Assembly (NCBI GenBank): GCA_003427395.1
Contig: BFEA01000020.1
Coordinates: 3,051,886-3,115,490, forward strand
DNA: 63,605 nt
DNA from: Chara braunii
Lineage: Eukaryota; Plantae; Charophyceae
Direction of reading: 5' to 3'
Shown here: piece after piece, positions 25,861 to 37,633 of the stretch
How positions within the stretch are numbered: position 1 is the stretch's first letter
How the letters are laid out: each line of letters begins with the position of its first letter
Program-made: the position numbers and the translations under genes
Notes under the pieces: generated by a model
Seen by the model: the letters and a program-made list of their open reading frames with translations, nothing else
Databases searched by the model: none
What the model was told of the DNA's origin: nothing

Positions 25861-26318
25861 AATAATCCAGAATAAAGTATGATTCGGTAATGCAGACAGA
25901 AATTCATTTATGTTGAAAATAGCCTGAATCATTATCCCACCATCCCACAGTTCCCACTGGGCAGCTGCACGAACGAGCGCCATATAATGCCCGTGTCTGT
26001 GCAAAATACAGGCAGAAATGTGAGGATGGTCATTAAGGTCATCGCCTGGCATCCCATGATGCATAAGAAGGTGGCGACCGTTGAATGCTAGCTGTAAGAC
26101 ATTTACAGTAAAGCCTCCTGAGGTAGTATAATTACTACCTTCAGGAGGTGGACCATTATGGTCATACGACAACTTTCAAAAGCGTCAAGCTGATAAGCAA
26201 TCGTGACAAAATGGGAAGCAGTATAACATTGACGCTGATAAGCCTGTAGGCAGACATTTGTGGCTGTCAAGCCACAAGTATTTGGTAGATCTGCCCGCAG
26301 ATCCGATTCGGTCACCAC
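25860..26318 (-). pseudogene. Josephin (ataxin-3/MJD family, peptidase C86)-like deubiquitinase domain, one frameshift near 26160-26175
   Basis: NTCGLTATNVCLQ, IAYQLDAFE, SNYTTSGGFTVNVLQLAF and CILHRHGHYMALVRAAAQWELWDG align in order with ataxin-3 LCAQHCLNNLLQ, IAHQLDEEE, GNMDDSGFFSIQVISNAL and FICNYKEHWFTVRKLGKQWFNLNS (recalled sequence). Putative triad: Cys 26274-26276, His 25987-25989, Asp 25942-25944. Confidence 0.82.
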
Positions 26319-26479
26319 TGGAAAGCTAGGTCTGATCTGGCGGGGTCAGCGCATGAATGACGAACGCCGTCGACGTGGCAGAGCAGGCTATCGGTAAGAC
26401 AAAGAACCCCGCAAATTAGCATCAACACGACGTCGAGAGGAAGGAGGAGAGAATGAGCGAACCTGCCGACGTCCCAATA

Positions 26480-26629
26480 TGGACAACGAAGACAAAGGAG
26501 GGGCCGGTCTCAGCCGGCGTGGGGGGGTAAATGAAGAAGAAGAAGAAGAGGGAGAAGACGACAAAGAAACGGATGATGGAGTAGAAGAAAGGGAAGTAGA
26601 AGAAGAAGAAGAAGAGGAGGAGGAGGGAA

Positions 26630-26667
<38 letters not shown>

Positions 26668-27050
26668 CGGCGACGAAGAAGAAGAGGATGCTGGCAAAGC
26701 GGAAGTGAAAGGGGAAGGGGAAGGAGGAAGAAGGGGAGGGGGAGAAGAAGGGGGAAGTGGAGAGGAAGAGGGAGAAGACACAGGAGCGGGAGATGGACAA
26801 GAAGGGGGAGGGGGGAGAGGAAGGCAGAGGGGAAGTGGAAGGGGAAGGAGGAGGAGGAGGGGGAGGGGGAGAAGTGGGGAAGTGGAGAGGCAGAGGGGGA
26901 AGACAGAGGAGGGGAAGGTGAACAAGAAGGGGGAGGGGAGGCGGAGGAGGATGAGAAGATGGAAAGGAGGAAGGGGGAGGAGGAGGGGGAGAGGGAGAAG
27001 GAGAAGCGAAGGAAAGGGAAGGAGAAGGTGGAAGAGGATGATGCACGGAC
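26480..27050 (-). repeat. Low-complexity pyrimidine-rich (minus strand) tract encoding a Pro/Ser-rich linker between RT and the peptidase domain
   Basis: GA-rich on the + strand; open in several frames; lies between the RT thumb and the Josephin domain. Confidence 0.7.
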
Positions 27051-27059
27051 CAGCGACGC

Positions 27060-28056
27060 ATACGTCGAAACCATTGTGTAAGACGAGTTACATGTATAGG
27101 TTGTCAACGTTGACGAGCACGAATGTAACAAGTTCATCCTCGAGCCAATGTCGAAGGAGGATGGCCACGGGAAAGCAAACGGCGGACAAGCATGGTTGCC
27201 GCAGTTCTGAAATCATGCCAATTGTCACAAATCTGCTCAAACCGCGTAAGCTGGCCGGTGAACACACCTGCAGGCTGATGAGACGGAATGTTTGACGTTG
27301 CACCATGCAACTGTCTTGTCAAACACACTCAATCGGAGAGATCCGTCTGCTCGTGTCTGCATTTCGCACCTAAAACGGTGCACGAGCCATCAGCCGCAGT
27401 GGTCTCCTTCCATTCAAGACCATAATGGGTTGGCGACGGTGGCAGACAACGAAAAGTAAGAACATCATCAGTGAACCCATAAGTGAAAACATATCGGCGA
27501 GCTGCAGAGGGATCCACACGCTGCAGGTCGTCCACGTACTGTGCCTCATCCAATAGAGTGTGAGGTTAGCAATCTCAGGATCAGCGTTTGTACCCATAGG
27601 AATACCGACGTCTTGATGACGAACAAGGCCATCCGCTGTAAATAAATATGTATTAGTAACAATAAACCGAAGATGTTGAAGAATGTCAGACACAGAAAGA
27701 GTGTCAGATCCCGTATCCGTAGTCCATTCCCCTGCACGCGGTCCACGGACCACCATACGAAGCAACACAGGATGAGCGTGTCCGTGTATGCTGCTGTGAC
27801 TGTGCAAGAGCATAGGCATGTGCCTCATCAACAGCCTTAACAACATTGTCAAGAATCCGTTGATGAGAAAGATTAGTATACATAGTAGTGAAATCGACCG
27901 TATGGGGAGAGAAGCTTTATTCTTTTTGAGGTCAAGGATGACCTCGTCACTGCTCTGGACAATCCAACATCGTCGAATACCTTCGGATTGGAAAAGTTTA
28001 CTATCTTTTTCACGGAGAGTGCGGAAGACGCCTTGACACAGAACTGTATACATTGT
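27060..28056 (-). pseudogene. Penelope-like reverse transcriptase, 5'-truncated and frameshifted
   Basis: WIVQSSDEV; after a frameshift DFTTMYTNLSH (about 27866-27897); NTYLF...HQDVGIPMGTNADPEIANLTLY; YGFTDDVL; thumb region PAGVFTGQLTRFEQIC...DF...LVRRLLSRGH. These fit the Naiad/Chlamys RT patterns DFxTLYTxIPH, GIPMGTN and GVxxSQLxRF. Confidence 0.9.
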
Positions 28057-28694
28057 CAAAGCGCAAAAGCGAAAAAAAAAAGAAAAAGACAGAAAACAAA
28101 GAATAAATGAATCGTTTTTTTCTCTTCTTCCTTACAACTCCCCCTGTTCAGAACATCTTGCGTACAAGGCCGCCGACGTGGATGTAGGTTGAGCGGCCGC
28201 TGCCCCCACCCCCCTGTGTCATATCGACCCACTTGCACACAGCCAAAAGGCAAAGAGGCAAAGAAAGAGGAAGGGAACAGCCAAATATAACAAAACAGGG
28301 AGAAACAAACACAAACAAATCCTAGATGACAAGTCCCACATGCAAGCACCGCCCCCTCCGTCACAAGACCAACCAGGATATCAAAACACCCTTGCCTGCA
28401 AACAAGCAAGCAATCCCAAACAACAAACCTTTCGTACTCACCAGCGACTCTGCGTCAACTCCAAGAATCCTTTGCGATTGTTATTTGTTGCAAAAACTGG
28501 TATCGTTTTAATCTTTCTACTGCTTCGCTGTTCCAAACTAAAATACTGGGACGCCACCGACGGCAAAAAAAATACAAAAAAGACAATCCCAGATGGTGAT
28601 TCCCACAGAAAAACACCGCCCCATCGCACCAAGGCCGAACAACGGGAAACAGCCAACCAGGATGCCAAACAGAGCTGCCCAGTAAACCGTAGGT

Positions 28695-28745
28695 AACCTG
28701 TTTCGTCGGAGTTCCACCGACTCATCAGGAGGCTGAACCCTCAAA
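28695..28745 (-). ncRNA. Hammerhead ribozyme core in the PLE terminal repeat
   Basis: Minus strand CTGATGA-GTCGG-tggaact-CCGAC-GAAA-CAGG: intact conserved core and perfect 5-bp stem II. The stem I/III partner is disrupted in this copy. Confidence 0.7.
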
Positions 28746-29829
28746 AGTCTGCAGAATCCCCTAACTGATTACACTGTAAGTGATAATCCATCTTAACCCC
28801 GGCTGTGGTTAAGCATCAACGACTGCCCGACAACTGATACCCCTCTGAGGTGGTGGGCACCAGACACTGCCCTCAAGGTACCTGTAACGAAAATCAAAGC
28901 AGACTATCCCTCACCCACACCAGATGGACAACTTTACAGACTGTCGATTCACACCCCATCACAGCCAGTAATATATGGCCTATCCAGGTCATGATGAGCG
29001 ACGGGAACAGGTTTTGGATATTTCTGGCCAAGTATTTAAAATAGGAAAGCAGTGGTCCCTATTGGGTACTCCTTCCTTCGATCTAATACTCGATACCCCT
29101 CGATGATTCCTTCGTTTCTTCCATTTTCGTCATTCCTTATACCCCTCAATGATTCCTTCGTTTCCTCCATTTTCGCCATTCCTTGATCCATGCCCCCCTC
29201 TCCCCCCTCCCTATTCTCTTGCCTTCAATGATCACATGGGCGAAGGGCTTTTTTCCCCTCCCTTTATTATTTGTTTACAGGAGGAAAGAGATTCAGTTAC
29301 TCAAAACGGGGAAATTAGCAGCCATAAGGTGTATATCAGCGGGGGAGAAGTATACAGAGAGTGCCTTTATGATTTGCTGGAAGAGGAGGAATTCCGACGA
29401 GCGCCGAATGGAAAGAAAGGAAGCGGCACAATGCGTAATATATTGTCACATTGTGAATCAGAGCGAAAAAAAGGGAAAAGAAAAAAGGAAAAGGAAAAAA
29501 GGGAAAGGGAAGGAGGTAAGGAAAGCTCCACCTGTTCATAACCTCTTACGTACAAGGCCAGCCACGTGGATGACAGGTTGAGCGCTGGCTGCCCCCATCC
29601 CCGTGTGTCACAAGGACCCACTTGCACGCAGCCAAAAGGCAAAGAGGTAAAGAAGGGGAGGAGGAAACCAAACCTGACAGGGAAAGAAAGATAGGGAAAG
29701 AAAGATAATCCAATTATCACAAAGCAAATAACACATCCCACAGATCAACGTATCTTTTTTCTTTTTTTCTTTTTTTCTTTCTTTTTTCTTTTTTTCTTTT
29801 TTTCTCTTTTTCTTTTCTTCTTTTTCTCT

Positions 29830-30288
29830 TTACCTGCCCCCACCTCGGCAGATAGGACAGCTACGGTGAGGATGATGTGGATGTTCACAAGGATGCCCAA
29901 GGAGAGCTGCGCCAGCACAGCATTCTGCAGGACGGCTAGCACGAACCATCCCATCAAAACAGTCCTGACAGAGGACGTGTTGTCCACATGTCAAAAACAC
30001 GGCAGGACATTCATCACAGTGCGGCGGCATCATACAGTTCTGATAGCGTCCTTGGGCACAATAGGGACAACGTATATCTGGGTGATAGGGATGTGTACAA
30101 TGAGGAAATGTTGGACACCCTACAGGACAGACGGCNGCAGTCGCNNTANNNTGATAATGGNTATGGCATAGATGATGCATTCCACAGCCAAGGCGCACCG
30201 CATCTCTGTCCCGACAGGCGTCACACGAGAGTCGGTCAATAATCCAGAATAAAGTATGATTCGACAACGCTCGCAAAAATTCATTCAC
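29830..30288 (-). pseudogene. Copy of the PLE Josephin C-terminus plus both RING-like fingers in one open frame
   Basis: ORF MNEFLRALSNHTLFWIIDRLSCDACRDR...CPYC...CGQHVLCQDC...CPICRGGGR shows that the two fingers were contiguous in one frame. Confidence 0.88.
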
Positions 30289-31994
30289 GTCGAAATATAT
30301 GTGCCAAGTTCATCCCCTTGCCTTTTCCTCCTCGATCCCGGCTGCAGGACTAATGGCATGAGATAGGAGAAGCAAGGAGAGAGAAAGGGGATAAGAGGGG
30401 GAGAGCGCAAGAAGCAAGGAGAGAGTAGGGGACTAAGGAGCGGGCTGAGGGCAGCGTTCTCACACCAGAAACCTTTTCGGCTCAGTTCGAGACCTGATTG
30501 CGGCCAGGTACACAGGGGCGGCCATAATTTGCAGTCAGATGCACCCAGAAATGTCCTAGTGTGAATACGCTCTGAGACGGGAGGCGCGCGAGTCCGAGAA
30601 CAGGGGCTTCTGCAAGTTCTCGGATATTTTTTCAGAACAGATAACGACCGGACGGGAAAACGGAGAACATTTTGCAGAGTTGCACACAAACGGTCGTTTG
30701 ACTAGACACGAGTTGGTAAGAAAGCGGGCGCGCGCTAAGGGTCTCGCTCCACCACTCACCATATGCATAAAAGATAGAAACGATGACCGTGTGTCTTTCC
30801 ATGTTTTAGAGGAAGATCACTCTAATTTTGCACATTTGGTGAGCGGCGCAGTGAGGCCTTAAAAGGACAAAAACGATGAGGCGTTGTTGAGAAAGGAAGG
30901 TGCTACGAGAGCGTAGGAGGGGAGAAAAGATGGATGGAGAAAAGAACGTGTCATGCTTGCTTCACGGAGAAACAAGATAAATAACGAGCACTCGTTTAGA
31001 TCGCATCGAACAATTTTTTACAATCAAATTTTAACAAGGGGCGATCGAAGCGAAGAAAACGGACAGAAAAACACAGAGGAATCGATCAGCCACCGAGAGC
31101 TTCCGTTGATCACTTCGCCGGGACATTGGGTTCACGGAGCTTGCGAAAATGAAACAGATAGATTGTCAGGCGAAATGGCGCATACAAAAATTCGGATTGC
31201 TTATACATCAACACGCCCTCATCATGAATGTAACCGGACCGCAACAGTGTACATTCATGGAGCTTAACGATATCAAGACCTTCATCATGACAGTATTGCA
31301 CGCTCATCAGGGACGAAGCCAGAACAGAAGACAGCTAGGGAAGTGCTTGGGAGAACCCCGAGCACAAAACAACTCGTCCTTGACTGAACCGGACCCGAAC
31401 CGAGCTTGTATACCTTCACAATGAGGATGAGTTGACGTCGCGAAAAGCCGAGGAAAGCGCTTGGGGAGCACGGTGTCTCTCTCAGAGTACGGTGATAACT
31501 GAGACATGTCCAGGCAGAAAAACAGTCATGATGGAAACTGTCATTTGTTCGTTTCGGTCATTCCTCCGTTTGACGGATCAGTCAGCAAAGACGATATATG
31601 AATGAATTGAACACCTCGAACGAATCGAGATAGTCGCTCCGTAACCCAACCAATGTAGGGAGAGAACATTTGATTCATGCATAACCGGATTATCGAGTGA
31701 ACAGATAACAAAATGTTTAAGAAACTGAATGGAGTTCATGAATAACCGTTAAGAGAGCGAATAGAACGAATGGTACAGACATGTATAACCTAAGTTGAGA
31801 GAATGAGTCCAAACCCGAATGGAATCAAATGAACACAATAGTCGCTCAGAAACTGACAACAGAGCTCTGGAAAGAAACCAAAGGAACAAGCGGAATATAC
31901 ATACCACCGGCTAGGAGGCAGAGAGAGTCGAGCTCTCGCGACGGAGGCTCAACTCGCTGAGCAACCAAAAAAGGAACACACAGAACAGAACCCT

Positions 31995-32885
31995 GCCAGA
32001 GAGACGGGCAGAGAGAGAAAGGCAGAGGCAGAGAGACAGAGACAGGCAGAGAGACGGGCAGAGAGACGGGCAGAGAGAGGACGAGACAGGCCGAGATAGG
32101 ACAAGACAAGCAGAGAGACGGTCAGAGAGACAGGCAGAGAGACAGGCAGAGANNNNNNNNNNNNNNNNNNNNNNNNNNNNNNNNNNNNNNNNNNNNNNNN
32201 NNNNNNNNNNNNNNNNNNNNNNNNNNNNNNNNNNNNNNNNNNNNNNNNNNNNNNNNNNNNNNGACAGGCCGAGATAGGACAAGACAAGCAGAGAGACGAG
32301 CAGAGAGACGGGCAGAGAGAGGACGAGACAGGCCGAGATAGGACAAGACAAGCAGAGGGACGGGCAGAGAGACAGGCAGAGACGGGCATAGAGAGGCAGA
32401 CAGAGAGACGCAGAGAGACGCAGAGAGAAGCAGAGAGACGCAGAAAAAGGCAGCGAGACGCAGCGAGACGCAGAGAGACGCAGAGAGACGCAGAGAGACG
32501 CAGAGAGACGCAGAGAGACGCACGGAGAGGCATAGAGAGGCAGAGAGAGAGGGCGAGGACGAGACAGGCCGAGATAGGACAAGACAAGCAGAGAGACGGG
32601 CAGAGAGACGGGCAGAGAGACAAGCAGAGAGAGGACGATACAGGCCGAGATAGCACAAGACAAGCAGAGGGACGGGCAGAGAGACAGGCTGAGAGAGGAC
32701 GAGACAGGCCGAGATAGGACAAGACAAGTGGAGAGACGTGCGGAGACAGGCATAGGGAGGCACATCGAGGCAGACAGAAAGACGCAGAGACACGCAGAGA
32801 CACGCAGAGACACGCAGAGAAACGCAGAGAAACGCAGAGAAACGCAGAGAAACGCACGGAGAGGCATACAGAGGCACAGAGAGAG
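31995..32885 (+). repeat. Minisatellite of GCAGAGAGAC-type 10-12-mers with a higher-order unit
   Basis: Many gcagagagac(g) copies; recurring gagacaggccgagataggacaagacaagc. Confidence 0.9.
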
Positions 32886-33439
32886 GTTCAGCTACGTTCT
32901 CAGTTGAAAAGACAGTTTCGAAAGTAGAAAAGAAACTGAGGGATAAGCTCATAGCAACGTCGGTTTGTGAGACACGAACACACGGCGTCAGGCAGCAGTG
33001 TGCTCGGAATAGAAAGCTAGGAGGGAGCGAGAAAAGGAGAATCACAAGGACATCAAATGGGAGAAAGGATAGTGCGACACGGGAAAGACAGGTCGGCAAA
33101 ATATGCGAGAACCGGCCAGTTTGACCCAAAAAAAAAACAGCAAAGGAGAAATAACGAGGGAAGTACTGGTCGGATCGAGGGGAACGCAAACATTATCTAT
33201 ACCTACCTTCTACGCCCTCACGAGAATTCACAAAACTGCTTGCCTTCTATACAGAGGCAGACCACTGCATGTGATATTATTCCGCGGGAAAAGCTAACAA
33301 AAGAACGGAGGAATTCACGCACGGATCGCCACGTGGCGCGATCGAGCGAATGGCTGAGAGCGTGCGGGGGTCACCTGAGATGGCTGATGTCCGTCCACGT
33401 CAGATACAATGCACAGGGAGGAATCCCTTAAGGCCAGTA

Positions 33440-33770
33440 ACCCGTGGACGAATCTGGGCCGAGCGGAGGAGGACGTGGGGAGGACGAAGGGAAGAACGTG
33501 GGGAAACACGTGGGAAGGAAGTGGGAACGTGGGGGAGGAAGTGGGGAGGACGTGGGTAAGGACGTGGGGAAGAGCGTGGGGACGGACGTGGGGAGGAAGT
33601 GGGGACAACGTGGAGAAGAAATGGACACACAGAAGAGGAGGACGTGGGGAGGACGCAGGGAAGGACGTGGGGAAGAATCTGGGCCAAGCGGAGGACTTTG
33701 GGAGGACGTGAGGAAGGGCGTGGGGAAGCATCTGGGGCGAGCAGAGGACGTGGAGGAATCTGGGGGGGGT
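33440..33770 (+). repeat. G-rich minisatellite (GGACGTGGG-type units)
   Basis: Many imperfect gga(g)gacgtgggga units. Confidence 0.85.
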
Positions 33771-34420
33771 GTGAACCGTCAGTAGACACCAGGAAGCTCA
33801 GAAAAAAAAAAAAAAAAAAGGAAGAAACAGGAACGGATTCTCCTTTCCAAGGACGCAGGAACAAGAGGGTTGAAAATTTGAAAAAGAAGGGTTGAAATCG
33901 AGACACTGGCACAGTAGTCATTTATTGGTTGAAGCACTATAGTCATCTACTGGTCGACGCACAATCGCCATCCACTACGTACTCGAGGAACAACACATTG
34001 AAATGATAATGTCAACACATTGAAATGATAATGTTTATATGGTTTGGGACGACATGTTCGCTTACGTTGCCTTTGTATCGGTGACGGTAGTGGCAAATGG
34101 TTTGAGATGACATCTTCGCTTATGTTGAACGAAAGGGAAAATAGTTTGTATACGAGATTTTGTATCGGTGACTGTAGTGGCAAGCTACATGCGGCCGCGA
34201 GGAGAAATCGGAGACGCCCTGCGGACGAATGACCATTACAAAAGCTCTTCTACGCTTCAGTCCCAAACATAAAACCAGCCCCCTCTCTCTCTTTGTCTCT
34301 CTCTCTCTCGGGCGCGCGCGCGCGCGCACACACACAAACACCCCCCGCCCCGCCCCTCTTCCCGCCATACGATTGGGTCTGGTTCTGAATTTTGCACATT
34401 ATTTGCGTTTGGATGCACAG

Positions 34421-34486
<66 letters not shown>

Positions 34487-34533
34487 CCCCCCCCCCACAC
34501 ACACAAACACAAACACTCCACCTCCCCCATTCC

Positions 34534-34571
34534 CTGTCTCTTATACACATCTAGATGTGTATAAGAGACAG
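34534..34571. other. Nextera mate-pair junction adapter (assembly contamination)
   Basis: Exact 38-nt junction sequence, flanked by duplicated local sequence. Confidence 0.98.
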
Positions 34572-34686
34572 CTCTCTCCCCCCCCCACCCACACACACAA
34601 ACACAAACACTCCACCTCCCCCATTCCCGTCATATGATATGGTTTGGTTCTGAGTTCTGTACGTTCATTCCGTTTGTATTCACGGG

Positions 34687-34756
<70 letters not shown>

Positions 34757-34862
34757 CCCCCCACCCACACACACAAACACAAACACTCCACCTCCCCCAT
34801 TCCCGTCATATGATATGGTTTGGTTCTGAGTTCTGTACGTTCATTCCGTTTGTATTCACGGG

Positions 34863-34911
<49 letters not shown>

Positions 34912-37461
34912 CGTATGCATACCGAAACGCTCGCGGGCGGAAACACGCCAACGTGCCTCCGTTCAGCCTTGACCCGTATCTACTCCGCGAATTGCGTGGC
35001 GGGCGGGAGTGCCCGAACGAATGGCGGAGATATGTACACCGGCGGCGACAAGCCAAATACCTTCACTGACAATGTCTGCGCGGGGGCACTACTGACTGTC
35101 GCACGTGACAATCACCATGTGCTCAAGGGAAAACCACAATGTTCGTACACTACCTTTGGCCAACAAGCCGGCATATCTTGAAGCCGGGTCTCCCAGTTCG
35201 GAGGTTAAAATCAACTCATTTTGCACTTAAATTGGTCAACCAGTGCGTATCAGTGTATCTCCGGAAATACATTGGTTGTATCAGTCCGCTGAGAGTTTCT
35301 ACGTGGAGGCGACGACCTGTCAACCGGGCCCAAGCGACACGCCGCCACGTGCACGCCTTCCGTTCAAATCGCTTCATCTCGAACGGTCGAGGTTCGGGCG
35401 CACGGCGCCGGCTACGAGCGCAAAGGGCGAGTTGCCGGCTCAGGGTCGGGATTCGTGCGCGGGGAACGAGCTTCGTGCACTCTTGTGTGTGTGAGTGTGT
35501 GTGTTTCTTATGCGTCCATGCCCTTGTGTCTGTTCTCGCGCTCGCGCGGACTACCGGGCACGTAACCCGAAGATGAGGAGGCGAAAGAGAGATAGGGAAA
35601 AGGGGTGCGCAGGGGCGTCTTGTTCTTTGTACACTCACCTCCCAGCTGCGGCAAGACCGACGAGTGACTCCTGCAACCGCCTGAGGGCGCTCGTGACAGC
35701 AGGCATCTGTAACGCCATGGTCTTGTTTAGACGGGGAAGTGCGACCGGAGGCGAAGCCGGGGAATGTCCCATCTGGGTAACATTGAGATGCATTTTTCTG
35801 TAAAATAGCGCCTGAAGCTGAGCCATGATGTCTCCGATAACTCCAGATTCGCTTCCACCTCCAATTCCTCCAGCACCGCCAAGGCCGCTAGCCATCGAAG
35901 TCGCCCCCATTTTCCTCCTCTTTCCCCCCCTCCTGCTTCTTTTTCTTCTCCTCCTTCTGCTGCTGCTGATCTTTCTGCTTCTTCCGCTTCGGCTTCTGCT
36001 ACTGCCACTAGCTCGGCAGATTCGTGCGCAACCAGATCAACATGCGACGCTGATTGCCGCACCCACGCCTACCTGCCATACACTCTATTATCTCCGTTAC
36101 CACCATACACTCAAACTCAAATCTCCAGTCTTCTGCTTAATCCCCGTTCACTTCTTCCGCAGTTACCACCCTTCATCCTCACACCGTCTGATTTCCCGCG
36201 CTTCTTGGCCGCCATGTTATCTAGAATATAACGTGTTTCTCATAAGGAGAGATTTACTACCTCACCACGCTTCCCTGTCCCCGGTCACAAAGTGGTGGGA
36301 GGGAACCTCGATCTACTTCCGAACACTCTCTCTCCCCCCTTAGGTCCTTCAGCGAACCGCTTCCACTCCCTCCACCCAAACCTCGCTCTCGCCCACTCCC
36401 ACGGCCAAACGGTAGTTTTCCCAGGTCAGATGCTTGTATACTGCCGCCGTCTCCGTATCCTCCCGCCGTTTCTACGCACTCCCGCCGTTTTTGTATACCC
36501 CCGTTTCTACCTTAGCATTGTCGATTCGCTCGCCTTTGCTCTCCACTCCGCTTCATGAGAACTCCACTCAGCCGACAATTCGGTTTTAACCTTCGGAGAC
36601 TCGCAGCCGCGGTTTGCTCGCCTTCAAATTCACCAACACTTCCACCTCCCCTCACGTCTTGCGCCCTCGCTGCTGCTGCAATAGGCAACTTTTTTCTCCT
36701 ACCCCCGATCCTGTTAATATTGTGACAAGCGCTCGAATGTCGTCTCTTACTTCGCTGTCCACTTGAAGCACACGTGCTAAGTCTTCTACCCCCTTCCTCA
36801 TTTGTAGAGGTTACTACTGAGGAAGAAAAAAGAAAGAAAAGAGAAACTACTGCCTGTCAACCACCTCCCTTCGACAGTTCGTTGCTCCCACGATTACCCC
36901 AAGAACCTCCCACGCACCGTCGGAGTCAATATGCCTTGGTCCATATCGCCGGGGCCAACCGCATGACATCCGGCCTACAGCCACTGACCTCCTCCGCCCA
37001 AGGCCATAGCCAACCGGCAAAACCAGATAGGAGTAGTCTGCCCGAAGTGCAGCCAACAGTGGACAGCCCCAAGTAGGCTTGAGAAATCAAGGGGTGGAGA
37101 AATGACATCTCTCTCCGCAGAGAAGGCGCATCTTCTCAATTAAGATCAGGGCAAGGCACTAAAGGTGCTTTTGGTCAGTCCTGCACCCTCGTCCGAAAAA
37201 AGTTCGATTTAACTGGTGCACACTCCAAGCGCGGCTGCGGGATATGTCAGAAATATCAAGTACGCATTATCAACTGCCCGAGCGCGTATGTCAGACGCAC
37301 CTTCGTCAAAATCCGCACATTCCCCAAGTATTCTTCGGCACACCCGTCTCGTCAAGCTGTATACCTGCAGCTCAACTTCCTGGTGATTGCTGGCATGGCA
37401 CTCTCTGACCACATCGGCACTCTAATGTAGGGCAGCTGCTTTTCCTTCTGCCTGTCGACAT

Positions 37462-37538
<77 letters not shown>

Positions 37539-37539
37539 N

Positions 37540-37633
<94 letters not shown>

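Larger units (their letters stand above)
20625..30288. mobile_element. Cluster of tandem and inverted partial copies of one Penelope-like element (Naiad/Chlamys type)
   Basis: One RT-bearing copy, four copies of the zinc-finger 3' end (21025-21395 on +; 24530-24810, 25455-25900 and 29830-30288 on -), about seven copies of a shared terminal segment, and hammerhead cores. Unrelated sequence is interleaved (about 22.0-23.0 kb and 29.0-29.4 kb). Confidence 0.88.

Noticed and set aside
31911-33189. Long 300+ aa ORFs
   Set aside because: Stop-free translations of a minisatellite spanning an N-gap.
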